Part shown: positions 25,940-35,306 of the stretch, one piece after another
Layout: the number at the start of each line of letters is the position of its first letter
Position numbering within the stretch: the first letter of the stretch is position 1
Source of the DNA: a virus
Length of the DNA: 64,000 bases
IMG/VR virus record: IMGVR_UViG_3300044691_000347
Coordinates: 27,378-91,377 of that record
Direction: 5' to 3' (one strand)
The notes under the pieces: generated by a model
Seen by the model: the letters and a program-made list of their open reading frames with translations, nothing else
Told to the model about the DNA's origin: nothing
Database searches by the model: none
Made by a program: the position numbers and the translations under genes

Positions 25940-26448
25940 TGGCCTGGTATACGATCCACCACAGCTGCGAACACCAGTCCGAACGTCAGATCTACGGCAC
26001 CAACACGCACGGTGAACGCGAGCGCGAAGCCGCGCACTACGGCCGCCGACGCTGCCCCGACTGTATCCGGGCGGCACGAGACGAAGAGTCCACCCAGGCA
26101 GCGGCTTACGCCGACATCGCGGGCTGGCCCGCACTGCAAGGCAGTGAGCGTCAAGTCCAATGGGCGCAGACGCTGCGCGCCAAAGCGCTCGACGAACTCG
26201 ATAACGCCTGCCGCGTGGCCGGGGTTGCCGAGCACGATCACGATGAGCTGCGGGCGGTGCTGCTGGGCCAAAGGCGGGCACGGCAGTGGATCGAGTACCG
26301 CGGTGGTAACCCGCGCGGCAACCAGATGATGAACCTCGTCAACATGACGACCTTCACCCCGCTGCCGGGCCTGCTCGCGGCGTGGAGAAGCGATCCGGAC
26401 AAGGGCGTTGTCGACCGGTTCCTAGACGCACACAAGGACAAGCCATGA
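25939..26448 (+). CDS. conserved hypothetical protein with a Zn-binding N-terminus
   Basis: MAWYTIHHSCEH...CPDC...PALQGSERQVQWAQTLR...ARQWIEYR. Confidence 0.8.
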   Translation: MAWYTIHHSCEHQSERQIYGTNTHGEREREAAHYGRRRCPDCIRAARDEESTQAAAYADIAGWPALQGSERQVQWAQTLRAKALDELDNACRVAGVAEHDHDELRAVLLGQRRARQWIEYRGGNPRGNQMMNLVNMTTFTPLPGLLAAWRSDPDKGVVDRFLDAHKDKP

Positions 26449-26792
26449 CACATGACCCGATGACCGCGATCACCGGCGACGACATCTCTGCGCCGTCGCC
26501 GTGGAAATCCCTTGCCCAGCAAGCTCGCCGGCTCGCAGAGATAGCCGACCAATATGCGCAAGCCGCACCCGCCGATCTCGCGCCCCGCACCGATGATGAC
26601 GACGAGTTCAACGCATTCACCGACCTGAACGCGCGAGCAACCGCCCTCGTCGGTGTCGTCGCCGCCTGCCGCCGCGCCACCTGGAAGACACTCCACGACC
26701 AGGGGGAGAACTACTCCGCGATTGCCCGCATGTGGAACTCCAGCCCGCAGAACGTCAGCCAGACGCTCAAAGCGCCGAAGCAGCCCCACTAA
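26445..26792 (+). CDS. C-terminal HTH DNA-binding protein
   Basis: GENYSAIARMWNSSPQNVSQ. Confidence 0.7.
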   Translation: MTHDPMTAITGDDISAPSPWKSLAQQARRLAEIADQYAQAAPADLAPRTDDDDEFNAFTDLNARATALVGVVAACRRATWKTLHDQGENYSAIARMWNSSPQNVSQTLKAPKQPH

Positions 26793-27412
26793 ATCACCGT
26801 CCCGCCGTACCATGCCCGGATCGATTCGATGTCGCCCGCGGACACGTCCATGCCGGCGAGTTCCAGGATTCTGCGATCCATCTCGATAGACGGCCCCGGC
26901 ATCGGATTCGCGTGGATCACAACTTGGGCGGCTGTCGCAGTCTCCTCGTCGTCCGACGTCACCAGCGCCAGCAGATCCCCGGACATCAGGATCGCTGAAC
27001 GGATCATCGCCTCCACGGTCGGCGGCCCGAACATGGCACGCAGCAACGCATCCCCGACGCACCCGTCAATCAGGTCGTCATGGCTCGGGCGCCCACACCA
27101 GCAGCGCTCACTCATGCCAGCCCTGTCTCCTCGTTGATTGGTGCGCCGCCACACGGTCGTGGTACCGCCGTGCGAGCGTGCCGTGGTAGCCCGCACTTCA
27201 ACCTTCTCGACACACCCTTTCCGCTTCAGGCCGAGGATCATCGGACCGAGTCGGCGAGACTCCGACAAGTCCGCCCAGCCTTTCACCCGCATCGCCGTAA
27301 GAATGTTCGCGTTGATGAACTCTTCACCAGGCGGCAGGCTGAGGATGAGCCGTTGCGCCACAGCCAGATACACGGTCGGATCAGGGCCGTCGACAACATC
27401 AGTCGTCGTCAT
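26789..27412 (-). CDS. hypothetical protein, probably two genes in one frame (second start 27115)
   Basis: Internal GAGGAG RBS and ATGA signature at 27112-27115. Confidence 0.55.
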   Translation of the reverse strand: MTTTDVVDGPDPTVYLAVAQRLILSLPPGEEFINANILTAMRVKGWADLSESRRLGPMILGLKRKGCVEKVEVRATTARSHGGTTTVWRRTNQRGDRAGMSERCWCGRPSHDDLIDGCVGDALLRAMFGPPTVEAMIRSAILMSGDLLALVTSDDEETATAAQVVIHANPMPGPSIEMDRRILELAGMDVSAGDIESIRAWYGGTVI

Positions 27413-28971
27413 GCCGCCACCGCCCCGGCGCCGTGGAGTACGGCACGCAACCGGGCACCGATCCACGCGCCAACCGCGGGGCTGACAGCGTTACCGTAAC
27501 CGTCACATTGATTCCGGGCGCTCCCCCACACCTTGAATGTGCCTTCACGGCCGGGCCGGGTGGTGTCGAAGCCGCACCCTGCACCAACCTCGGGGGCCGT
27601 CAGCATCTTGAGGTGGCATGCCTCCAACGGCAGATCAGCAAGAACCACAGCCATTTCCGCGCTCAACATCCCTGGAATTTGCAGGGACGTCACCGTCGGC
27701 ATCGGCTCCGAAGCGAGCACCGGGACTGTGTTCTTCCTGAACGGGATCACACCCGCCACCAGGGCGAGAGTTTCGGATCCGACGACAGTCGGCAGCGGGG
27801 TGCCGAGGCTGCGCGGTGCACCCTGAAAGTTGTTGATCGCCGCGAACATTGCATCCGTCGACAGCAAGGCCGTCTCCTGCTGCGAAGTCTGCGTAGACAT
27901 CGGCTGCCACGGATGCCGTTCAACACCATGCGCACTCTTAATAGGCATCAGAATGCCCGGGAACTCAGCGAATCTGCGGCGGCAACGCTCCGCGCGCGCC
28001 ATCGTCGCCGGCGCCAACGGAAGCCGAACCTCCCGGTCACCCACCTTGAACGTCTTCAACGGCCGCTCACCAATCCGGGCACCCAAATCAGTGAGATCCA
28101 AGGCATGTAGCGACGGAGTCATCGGCGGAACAACCTCGCGACGGCACCGCGGGCATGTGTAATTGTATTGTTTGCCGTACCGCACCGAACCGCTCGGTGG
28201 AATACCGGTCTTCCACGACCACACTGCAGGAACCGTGTCATCGCACGCAGCGCACCACGAGAGCGGCCGATGCTCCAAATCTGGGGCAGGCAAAGTCAGC
28301 AGCGAAAACACTATATAAATCCGGTCACGCGACTGCGGTGTATCGAAGAACTGCGAATTCAAATACAAAACCTGATGCCGGTACCCCTCGTTTCCGAGCT
28401 GCTTCAACCAATACCTGTACGTCGAACCATCCCCAACATTCGGTTTGCCGGGAATCGCAGGCCCCCACGACGTCAATTCCGTGGTGCATTCGATCAGAAT
28501 CAGCCGCGGATGATGACGTTGAGCATAATGCAGGACACAATTCGCTGTGGCCCTGTCCTTCTCCGAACGGGTGACCCGATCATCGAAATCCGGATCATCC
28601 AAATCAAAAAGCGATAACCCCTGCTCGTAAGCCTTCTTCGTGTTCGCCTGCGTATGATTCGTGCAAGTCACGCCCGCACACAAAATATCTGCGGCAGGCA
28701 AATCACGGGCACTATGATAGTCGGAAGAGTCCGGGTTGATCAGATCCGCGATCCAATGCTCCGTTTCCGGATGGTTCGCTTCATGCACTGAAGTTTTGTA
28801 GGCATTGTGATTCGCGGCCATAATCGTCGAAAATCCGGCACGCTTGATGCCTTCAGTCAAACCGCCGAAACCGGAGAACAAGTCAACGGCAACGAGATCA
28901 TCATGACGCCAACGACGCCGTCGCGTCGCCGGCCGATGCTCCGCAGTGCGACTGATCGTTGTGGGCTTCAT
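27409..28971 (-). CDS. DNA (cytosine-5)-methyltransferase
   Basis: VDLFSGFGG (motif I), GVTCTNH (IV), PQSRDRIY (VIII), YGNAVSP (X). Confidence 0.88.
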   Translation of the reverse strand: MKPTTISRTAEHRPATRRRRWRHDDLVAVDLFSGFGGLTEGIKRAGFSTIMAANHNAYKTSVHEANHPETEHWIADLINPDSSDYHSARDLPAADILCAGVTCTNHTQANTKKAYEQGLSLFDLDDPDFDDRVTRSEKDRATANCVLHYAQRHHPRLILIECTTELTSWGPAIPGKPNVGDGSTYRYWLKQLGNEGYRHQVLYLNSQFFDTPQSRDRIYIVFSLLTLPAPDLEHRPLSWCAACDDTVPAVWSWKTGIPPSGSVRYGKQYNYTCPRCRREVVPPMTPSLHALDLTDLGARIGERPLKTFKVGDREVRLPLAPATMARAERCRRRFAEFPGILMPIKSAHGVERHPWQPMSTQTSQQETALLSTDAMFAAINNFQGAPRSLGTPLPTVVGSETLALVAGVIPFRKNTVPVLASEPMPTVTSLQIPGMLSAEMAVVLADLPLEACHLKMLTAPEVGAGCGFDTTRPGREGTFKVWGSARNQCDGYGNAVSPAVGAWIGARLRAVLHGAGAVAA

Positions 28972-29243
28972 CGAACACCTCCGAAACCAGTCTCTCCACC
29001 GACGCAAACCCGCCGAAACCGAGCGAGCCCCGTAGAGCGATTCAGAAGCCGATCCGATACCGGTGTCGCAGAGACGGCATTACGTCCGGCAGCATGACGT
29101 ACAGCGGGCACTACGGGCATCCTGAAACCAAGCACGCCCAGCAGGGAAACAAGGGGCGTTGGACGAAACTGCGTCGATCCATAAACGGAACGGTAACCCC
29201 GTTTATGGTTCATATCTGAATCATTGTTGAGGTTTCTGTTCAT
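28968..29243 (-). CDS. hypothetical protein
   Basis: ATGA overlaps on both sides. Confidence 0.45.
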   Translation of the reverse strand: MNRNLNNDSDMNHKRGYRSVYGSTQFRPTPLVSLLGVLGFRMPVVPAVRHAAGRNAVSATPVSDRLLNRSTGLARFRRVCVGGETGFGGVR

Positions 29244-29635
29244 GCCGCGACCGTCTTTCCGGTGATGCGGGCGAGGCATGGCGCGTGTGCTTCCTGCCCT
29301 GTGACCGGGTTTTTGCATGGATCACCCGCCGGTTCTCCGCATCGTGGGCAGTCGTAGTTCAAGGCGCCTGCGGTTTGATAAGCGGCCATGGATGCTCGTC
29401 GCATCGGATGTTGCGTGCTGGTGCGGGTGCCGATTTGTTCGGCGAGGTCGATGACGTCTTTGGGCATGATCGCGTGGGTGTTGACTTTGTGGTGGATGGC
29501 GACGGCTTCTTCTGCGGTCGTTTTGTCGAGGTGCCCGATTTGGTGATGCCAGGTGGCGATCATGTCGCCGCTGGTTTCGCGTTGGTCGTATTCGGCGACG
29601 AGGTCGAGGATTTGTTGGGTTTCTGCACGGTTCAT
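29240..29635 (-). CDS. putative helicase loader/inhibitor-like protein with a C-terminal Zn finger
   Basis: MNRAETQQILDLVAEYDQR...W...AVAIHH...IMPKDV; CPRCGEPAGDPC; downstream of the initiator. Confidence 0.6.
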   Translation of the reverse strand: MNRAETQQILDLVAEYDQRETSGDMIATWHHQIGHLDKTTAEEAVAIHHKVNTHAIMPKDVIDLAEQIGTRTSTQHPMRRASMAAYQTAGALNYDCPRCGEPAGDPCKNPVTGQEAHAPCLARITGKTVAA

Positions 29636-30201
29636 GCGGCGTCGTCCTGCTGCTCGTTGGTTTCGGGTGTTCCGGCGAATGCCCGTTTGGGTTCGCGGCC
29701 GGTATTGCGGTCGGTGGCGATGTTCCACAGCGATTCGAGGTGCCGCGGCGGCTCGTTGAGGAGTTCGCGGGCTGCGGTGATGCGATGCCGAAGCTCTGCG
29801 TCCTGGTCGGCGGTGAGGTTGATCGTCGGGTTTCGTCCGAGTGCGATGGCTCGCGAGTACCGGTGGGCGTCGTTCGGCCCGAATCCCATGTCCTGCAAGG
29901 AATAGTTGGCGGTGTCCATGAGCTTGCGGCGGTCGTCGGGCAGGTCACGTAATGCTTCGAAGTAGGTGGCTTGGGCGTGTGTGACGATCGCGGCGGGTGT
30001 GGGTCGATAGTTTTCCGGGTTTTTCCGGTAGGCGAGGTCGACGCCGGCGAGGAGGTCTTCGCGGCTGAGTCGGGATTCGGCGAAGACGTGTGCCCAAGCG
30101 ACGATGGCGGTTTGGCTGGGGTGCGGGAACCACAGGTCGTAGCCGTTGCATCGTTCGAATACGGCTTGGGTGATGTCAATGTATTGTTCTGCGCTGGTCA
30201 T
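29632..30201 (-). CDS. replication-associated hypothetical protein
   Basis: ORF track; between the initiator and the loader-like gene. Confidence 0.7.
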   Translation of the reverse strand: MTSAEQYIDITQAVFERCNGYDLWFPHPSQTAIVAWAHVFAESRLSREDLLAGVDLAYRKNPENYRPTPAAIVTHAQATYFEALRDLPDDRRKLMDTANYSLQDMGFGPNDAHRYSRAIALGRNPTINLTADQDAELRHRITAARELLNEPPRHLESLWNIATDRNTGREPKRAFAGTPETNEQQDDAA

Positions 30202-31247
30202 GCGGTCTCCGGGTATTCGCTGTCGCCGCTGAGGATTTCGAGGAGCGGCCGGTCGTCGGTGGATGAGATCGGGGTGTCGGTGCTGGCGATGAGGCCGAGG
30301 CTTCGTTTCGCTGCTTGGGCGGCATCAGCCCATCCGAGACTTTTACGGTCGTGGTTCGACAGCTGGGAGCGGTCGACGGCGCCTGGGGTTGGGGCTGGCC
30401 GCGTTTTGGCGCGGATGATGTCGGTGACGAGGTGCGGCAGCTGCCGCGGTCCGAGGTCTTTGGTGAGCCACCGTTCGAGGCCCGCGGTGATGTCCTCAGC
30501 CGCGATGCCTTGTTTGAGCATCGCGGCGGCTTCGGTGGCGAGCGCGGTTCGGGTGGCCTGCGGGAAGTGCGCGCAGAGTGGCTTGATGAGTCGCCAGCCG
30601 TCGACGGAGACGGCTTTGCCGGGGCGTTCACTTTCAGTGTCGGGTTGCTGATCGGTTGCCTCGCGCGTGTGCGCGCGCGGGGGAGGTGAACTGGAGTTAT
30701 CGTCAACTTGAGGTACCCCCAACCCCAACCCCTTCCCCGCGGGCGTCGAGACGTCGTCGGAACGCCGTTCGAACGGCGTTCCAAGTCCGTTCGAACGGGG
30801 CTCGTTGGCCGTGTCTGCGGGGTCGATGCGGTCGGCAACTTCGCTGGCGTCGGCACGGCCGAGACGGCGCAGCTCCTCCGCGAGGACAGCTCTAAGGACG
30901 GGGCTTTCGATGCCTTCGGCGCATGCAAGCGCGTTTTTGAAAACGTTCGCGTTCTTGGTGATGCCGTCGTTTCGAATGAAGCTCCGTACAAGAGTTTCTT
31001 CGGTGTATTCGTCGCACACAATGAACCGGACAGCGATGAGTTCGGCGAGTGCGTCTGTAATGTCCTCACGACTTGTGTGCCGACTGCGTTTGGCCCACTT
31101 CCCGACCTGCGTAGGGATCATTCCGGCATTGTTGATGCCACGCTGAGACAGAAGCAGCATGTATACGCGTTGAGCGTTCGGAGTCAGGTCGACGAAGTCC
31201 GGGTCATCCCAGATGGATACGAGGATCCGGCCATGATCGCGCGGCAT
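30198..31247 (-). CDS. phage replication initiator (RepA/O-like, N-terminal wHTH)
   Basis: MPRDHGRILVSIWDDPDF..L...AQRVYMLLLSQ...RSFIRNDG; internal repeats. Confidence 0.75.
   Translation of the reverse strand: MPRDHGRILVSIWDDPDFVDLTPNAQRVYMLLLSQRGINNAGMIPTQVGKWAKRSRHTSREDITDALAELIAVRFIVCDEYTEETLVRSFIRNDGITKNANVFKNALACAEGIESPVLRAVLAEELRRLGRADASEVADRIDPADTANEPRSNGLGTPFERRSDDVSTPAGKGLGLGVPQVDDNSSSPPPRAHTREATDQQPDTESERPGKAVSVDGWRLIKPLCAHFPQATRTALATEAAAMLKQGIAAEDITAGLERWLTKDLGPRQLPHLVTDIIRAKTRPAPTPGAVDRSQLSNHDRKSLGWADAAQAAKRSLGLIASTDTPISSTDDRPLLEILSGDSEYPETA
30759..30798. repeat. iteron-like palindromes (putative origin of replication)
   Basis: 24-bp palindrome GGAACGCCGTTCGAACGGCGTTCC plus CCGTTCGAACGG inside the initiator gene. 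Confidence 0.6.
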
Positions 31248-31823
31248 TTACAGCTCTCCGTTGGCGAGGATTTCCGCCGCACGCTCTTGCGTCTGTTTGA
31301 CTCGCGTCCAGCAGCAGCCGCAAAAGTATTTCCATTCGTCAGAGACGCGCGCGGTCATCGCTACCTCCGTTAGTTCCAAGAGGTCTTCAATGCCCAGGCC
31401 CGCAACAACGAACTGCCGAACGGACTGGCGCCAGTCGGCGGCGGGCTCGATTTGATGTTTCCGCCCGGCCGGGTCAGTCCACGTCCATAAGTCCCACCAG
31501 CTACGAAAGTTGTCTTCTAGCGCTCGGTCCTGGAGGTGTGTGATTGCGCGCTCCCCCGCGGCCTGCCGCATTGCGTCGGCCCAGCGGAGCGCGTCTGCTG
31601 CCACGTCGGCGACGATCGCGGAATCGGGTGCGATAGAAGACTTGCCGCCGTTACAGTCAGCGCAAGCTGTGACGAGATTCGTGGGGTCGTCACTTCCGCC
31701 GAGCGCAACCGGGGTTACATGGTCGACAGTCAGTTTCACGTCCGGCGCGGTGGCACCGCAGTAACGGCAAGCATGGTTGTCTCTCCGCAAGATTTCGAAG
31801 CGGAGTCGTCTTGATACTGACAT
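31248..31823 (-). CDS. HNH endonuclease domain protein
   Basis: RFEILRRDNHACRYCG...VDHVTPVALGGSDDPTNLVTACADCNGGK. Confidence 0.9.
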   Translation of the reverse strand: MSVSRRLRFEILRRDNHACRYCGATAPDVKLTVDHVTPVALGGSDDPTNLVTACADCNGGKSSIAPDSAIVADVAADALRWADAMRQAAGERAITHLQDRALEDNFRSWWDLWTWTDPAGRKHQIEPAADWRQSVRQFVVAGLGIEDLLELTEVAMTARVSDEWKYFCGCCWTRVKQTQERAAEILANGEL

Positions 31824-31869
31824 AGGTGTGGCCCTTTCGCCGTTAGGCGGATTGGGGGGCGGATGAAAG

Positions 31870-32460
31870 CTAGGCGCTCTTGTCGCGAGGATCGACGGTG
31901 CGTCGCGGTTTGGTGTGCGGGTGGTCGATGTCGCGGTCGTACCAAGCGAGCGGGGGCGCGTATCCGCCGCGGGTGCGTGCGCGTCGGCCACCGTCGATGG
32001 ATGGTCCTTGTGTGCCGGATAGTTCGTTGTAGAGGTCTCGGCAGTCAGCCCATGTCTTGTATGTGATGTGGTCGCGGCGCAAGCTGTCGTTCAGTACGAG
32101 CCGGTCGGGGTGTCCGAGCCGCTGTGCGAGGATCGTGGTCGGCCAGCCGATGGCGTTGAGTGCCCGGATGCGCCGGCGGGCGCCGATGGCGGGCACAAGT
32201 TTTTGTTTCGGATGTGGATGGTGGTCGATCTTCCATATTTTGGCTGCGATTTCGATTCGTACATGGTCGGTGTTGCGACGTTCGATGTGGCTGATGGTTT
32301 GCATATCGAGTTCGGCTGCGTGGGCGATCATCGAATTGGTGATGCCGAGGTTGTGTAGGTGTTCGATGCGGTTTTGAACGAGATGGATGGGCATGGTGGC
32401 GGGTTCGCCGCATGTCTGGCGCGTCCGATACATTTTGGATGCACGGGCTGTGCGGGTCAT
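31870..32460 (-). CDS. HTH DNA-binding protein (paralogue C)
   Basis: GITNSMIAHAAEL; GARRRIRALNAIGW; PPLAWYDRDIDHP. Confidence 0.75.
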   Translation of the reverse strand: MTRTARASKMYRTRQTCGEPATMPIHLVQNRIEHLHNLGITNSMIAHAAELDMQTISHIERRNTDHVRIEIAAKIWKIDHHPHPKQKLVPAIGARRRIRALNAIGWPTTILAQRLGHPDRLVLNDSLRRDHITYKTWADCRDLYNELSGTQGPSIDGGRRARTRGGYAPPLAWYDRDIDHPHTKPRRTVDPRDKSA

Positions 32461-33317
32461 GCTGCTGTCTGCTGTCGTAGTTCGCGACGCATCCGGACTA
32501 ACGCTTGATCTGCGGTGGCTAGTTTGACACCCAAAACTTGGGCGACTCTGGTTTTGTTCCAGTTGTGTTCGATTGCGTGATTCAAAACCGCTGTCCGCTC
32601 AGGTTTCGGAATTTCGCCTTCATGCTCGCCCCGCAAGATTCGATGTAACAGAACTTCGTCGACGGCTGGATCGGCATCGTCTTCCGTTTCGACCGGCTCT
32701 CGCCAAGGATCGTCTATGTCGATCCCTTCCCATGCGAGCGGAGGGAGCCAACCCCTTTTGGCTGCTCGGTCACGAGTTATGCTGCTCGGTCCTGGTGTAC
32801 CCGATAGCTGGTCGTATACGTCTGCTACGGCATGCCACGTCTCATAGAGGTTCCCGAGGCGCGGGTGGGCCCATTGGTGAACCTGGGCATCAGATACATC
32901 GAGAAGATCACCTAACGCAGCTTGTGTCCATCCGATGGTCAGCAAGGCTTGCAACCGTCGGCGAGTTCCGTGGGCAGGCACGATCAGGCCACTCTGGGCA
33001 GGGACGGGCACATGTCCGACCATGCGGAGGCGTCCAGCGATTGCATGCTGTGTCAACTGTCGGCGCGCCAACCTTATTCTGTACACCGCAGCGTGGCTGA
33101 CACCGGCAGCCGCACCGATCGCGGGGTCTCCGAAGCCCATGCCGTGCAGCCATCGCACATGGTCGCCGATAGTGTCGGCGGAGATCGAAGTCGGTAGTCC
33201 TTGAACTCGTCGTCCATACAAGATTTTCTGTGTCTTGTAAGCGCCGAGGACAGGACGTTCCGAGTGGCGATCGACTGTCACACTATGACGCCATTCGGCT
33301 TTCTTACGCGCGGTCAT
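32457..33317 (-). CDS. multi-HTH DNA-binding protein (paralogue B)
   Basis: GFGDPAIGAAAGVS; GTRRRLQALLTIGW; PPLAWEGIDIDDP; VDEVLLHRILRG. Confidence 0.78.
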   Translation of the reverse strand: MTARKKAEWRHSVTVDRHSERPVLGAYKTQKILYGRRVQGLPTSISADTIGDHVRWLHGMGFGDPAIGAAAGVSHAAVYRIRLARRQLTQHAIAGRLRMVGHVPVPAQSGLIVPAHGTRRRLQALLTIGWTQAALGDLLDVSDAQVHQWAHPRLGNLYETWHAVADVYDQLSGTPGPSSITRDRAAKRGWLPPLAWEGIDIDDPWREPVETEDDADPAVDEVLLHRILRGEHEGEIPKPERTAVLNHAIEHNWNKTRVAQVLGVKLATADQALVRMRRELRQQTAA

Positions 33318-33748
33318 GTTGCCTTCACATTTGTGGATAGTGCTTCGCGGATAGACTGTCCGGACATTGCGAGAGTTTTCCCGATTCGTGCCGTGCTCCA
33401 TCCGCGCGCATAGAGTGCGCGGGCGTAAACTTTTTTGTCTCCGTATGGGATTATCGATGGTTTGCCGGACAGGATTCGGTCGATAAGTACGGGATCGACA
33501 TAGGGGATCATGCATGCGCGAGCTTCGGTGATGCTCAAGGTTGCGATGCGGTCTGCGTGTTCGCGTCGGACCGTTTTCTGCCGGCCTCTCGCAACGACAT
33601 GTGCAGTGGAGATGGGAATTCCAGCTAGCTTCGCCACCCTCTGATATGGGACTCCGGCAGCACGGAAGGCAAGTAGCCGACGTTTTGTCTCGTCAGCGTC
33701 GAGGTAGCCATGGTTCAACAACCATTCGCGGTAATTCGGTACGGTCAT
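33314..33748 (-). CDS. HTH DNA-binding protein (paralogue A)
   Basis: GVPYQRVAKLAGIP; VDPVLIDRILSG; GWSTARIGKTL. Confidence 0.75.
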   Translation of the reverse strand: MTVPNYREWLLNHGYLDADETKRRLLAFRAAGVPYQRVAKLAGIPISTAHVVARGRQKTVRREHADRIATLSITEARACMIPYVDPVLIDRILSGKPSIIPYGDKKVYARALYARGWSTARIGKTLAMSGQSIREALSTNVKAT

Positions 33749-34434
33749 GCGGCTTGCGCTCTCTGTGTGCGGATAGGCCATTGAATTGACACGTCGGTGT
33801 ACGGCTTGCCCTGCTTCTCCAAGTACTCGATGAACGACAACTGACGGTCGCGATGCCATGCGGCCTGTTTGGTCATGAGTTCGTCGACGGTGTACTCGGC
33901 GAGCTGCGGATAGACTCGCGGTAGCCGCCATGCGAGCCGTGCGGCGGCTATCGAATCGGCTTCGGCGTCGTGGGCGTTGTCGAGTCGTACTCCGTAGTGA
34001 CCGCACACGTCGACCAGCTTCCGGCGTCCCTTGCGGAACCGATCAAATTGTTGATCCAGGACTCTCACATCAACGATCAGCCCGCGGACCTCGAAATCCG
34101 GTGCGTACGTGGCGAGCAGGCTGAAGTCAAAGCTCCCGTTGTACACCGCGACATAGCGGCCTTCAGCCCAGCACGCGTACAGAGCGTCTACAGTCTCGCG
34201 CACTACTTCGGCGTGCGGGCGACCATACTTCTGCGCATACTCCGTTGAGATCCCGTGCACCTCAGTGGCTTCCGCGGGGATCGGGATCCCGGGATCGGCC
34301 AACCATCGCTTGCAGTGAATGTCGCTTCCGTCGATCCGTGGAAGGCAGCCAGTCACGATGCGATCAGTGAACACATCGGTACCCGTTGACTCCAGGTCAA
34401 AGGCCGCGGCAGGCATTTCGGTCCAACTGGTCAC
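33745..34434 (-). CDS. DnaQ-like DEDDh 3'-5' exonuclease
   Basis: FDLESTG, YNGSFDF and AHDAEADS motifs. Confidence 0.92.
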   Translation of the reverse strand: MTSWTEMPAAAFDLESTGTDVFTDRIVTGCLPRIDGSDIHCKRWLADPGIPIPAEATEVHGISTEYAQKYGRPHAEVVRETVDALYACWAEGRYVAVYNGSFDFSLLATYAPDFEVRGLIVDVRVLDQQFDRFRKGRRKLVDVCGHYGVRLDNAHDAEADSIAAARLAWRLPRVYPQLAEYTVDELMTKQAAWHRDRQLSFIEYLEKQGKPYTDVSIQWPIRTQRAQAA

Positions 34435-34634
34435 TGTTGCCTCTCCCAGGCGTCGAGGACGGTTTGTCCGGGCAGGATGTAGATGGCGCGGTAGAGGTCA
34501 CGCTGATTGGCGTAGCGGAGGGCTGCTAGCTCGTCGTCACCGAAATATGCGACCCCGAAGCAATCCCCGCCCTCGCCGGCTCGCGCCCCCTGAAGCGGGA
34601 TCGCGAGCCAGCCGCCGTCGATAGGCGCGGTCAC
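34431..34634 (-). CDS. hypothetical protein
   Basis: GTG start; overlaps. Confidence 0.55.
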   Translation of the reverse strand: MTAPIDGGWLAIPLQGARAGEGGDCFGVAYFGDDELAALRYANQRDLYRAIYILPGQTVLDAWERQQ

Positions 34635-35305
34635 TACGATTCCGGATCCGGCGGGAACATGGCACCGTCTTCGGCGTACGGGACGTCGGCGTAGTGGGAG
34701 GCGGGGACGTCCTGGACAGCATCCGAGGGCGCCGCCCTCCCGTAGCTGACGACGTTGGCCCGTTCCTTCCACAAGTGCACCAGGCGGTCTCGGTGCCCCC
34801 CCAGGTCGAACGTCTTCAGTTGGGTGCCGATCGAGTGGAGCGCTCCACGATCGGCAGCCTTTGCGATACCCGCTGCGATCTCTTCCGCCTGCGCATCACT
34901 GATCACGGGCGGCCCATCCGGGAGCGGCTCGACGACGAACGGCTTACGTTTTCCGCGCGTGACAGTGAGCGCGAGGGTCAGTTGCTTGCTGATATGCGAC
35001 AGGGCCTTGATTCGGATGCCACCGACTTTTTCGGGGCCGAAACGGATTTCGGGGTCGCGGTAGATCATCATGCGCCGACCCGCGTACGTGCTGGACTCCG
35101 CACCCCACGCGTTGATGAGAACACGGATCATGCTTTTACCTGGCCGGTAGGGGCGTCCGGGGCCGAACTCGACGGTGACGATTTCAACCGGTTGCTCGGC
35201 ATTGCCCTTGCGGGTTTCGGTGATGGTGACGACACGCGGACCAGACATCAGATCATCTGCGTTGATCTGGTCGGATTTCGGTGCGGCGGCTTCGGAAATG
35301 TCCAT
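34634..35305 (-). CDS. conserved phage protein, putative recombination partner of the exonuclease
   Basis: PKSDQINADDL...PGKSMIRVL..AWG...GGIRI.ALSHI; immediately after YqaJ. Confidence 0.75.
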   Translation of the reverse strand: MDISEAAAPKSDQINADDLMSGPRVVTITETRKGNAEQPVEIVTVEFGPGRPYRPGKSMIRVLINAWGAESSTYAGRRMMIYRDPEIRFGPEKVGGIRIKALSHISKQLTLALTVTRGKRKPFVVEPLPDGPPVISDAQAEEIAAGIAKAADRGALHSIGTQLKTFDLGGHRDRLVHLWKERANVVSYGRAAPSDAVQDVPASHYADVPYAEDGAMFPPDPES

Positions 35306-35306
35306 G

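Noticed and set aside
29322-31069. Long Ser/Pro/Thr-rich minus-strand ORFs (29322-30179, 30176-31069)
   Set aside because: Alternative frames overlapping coupled genes that carry recognisable motifs.
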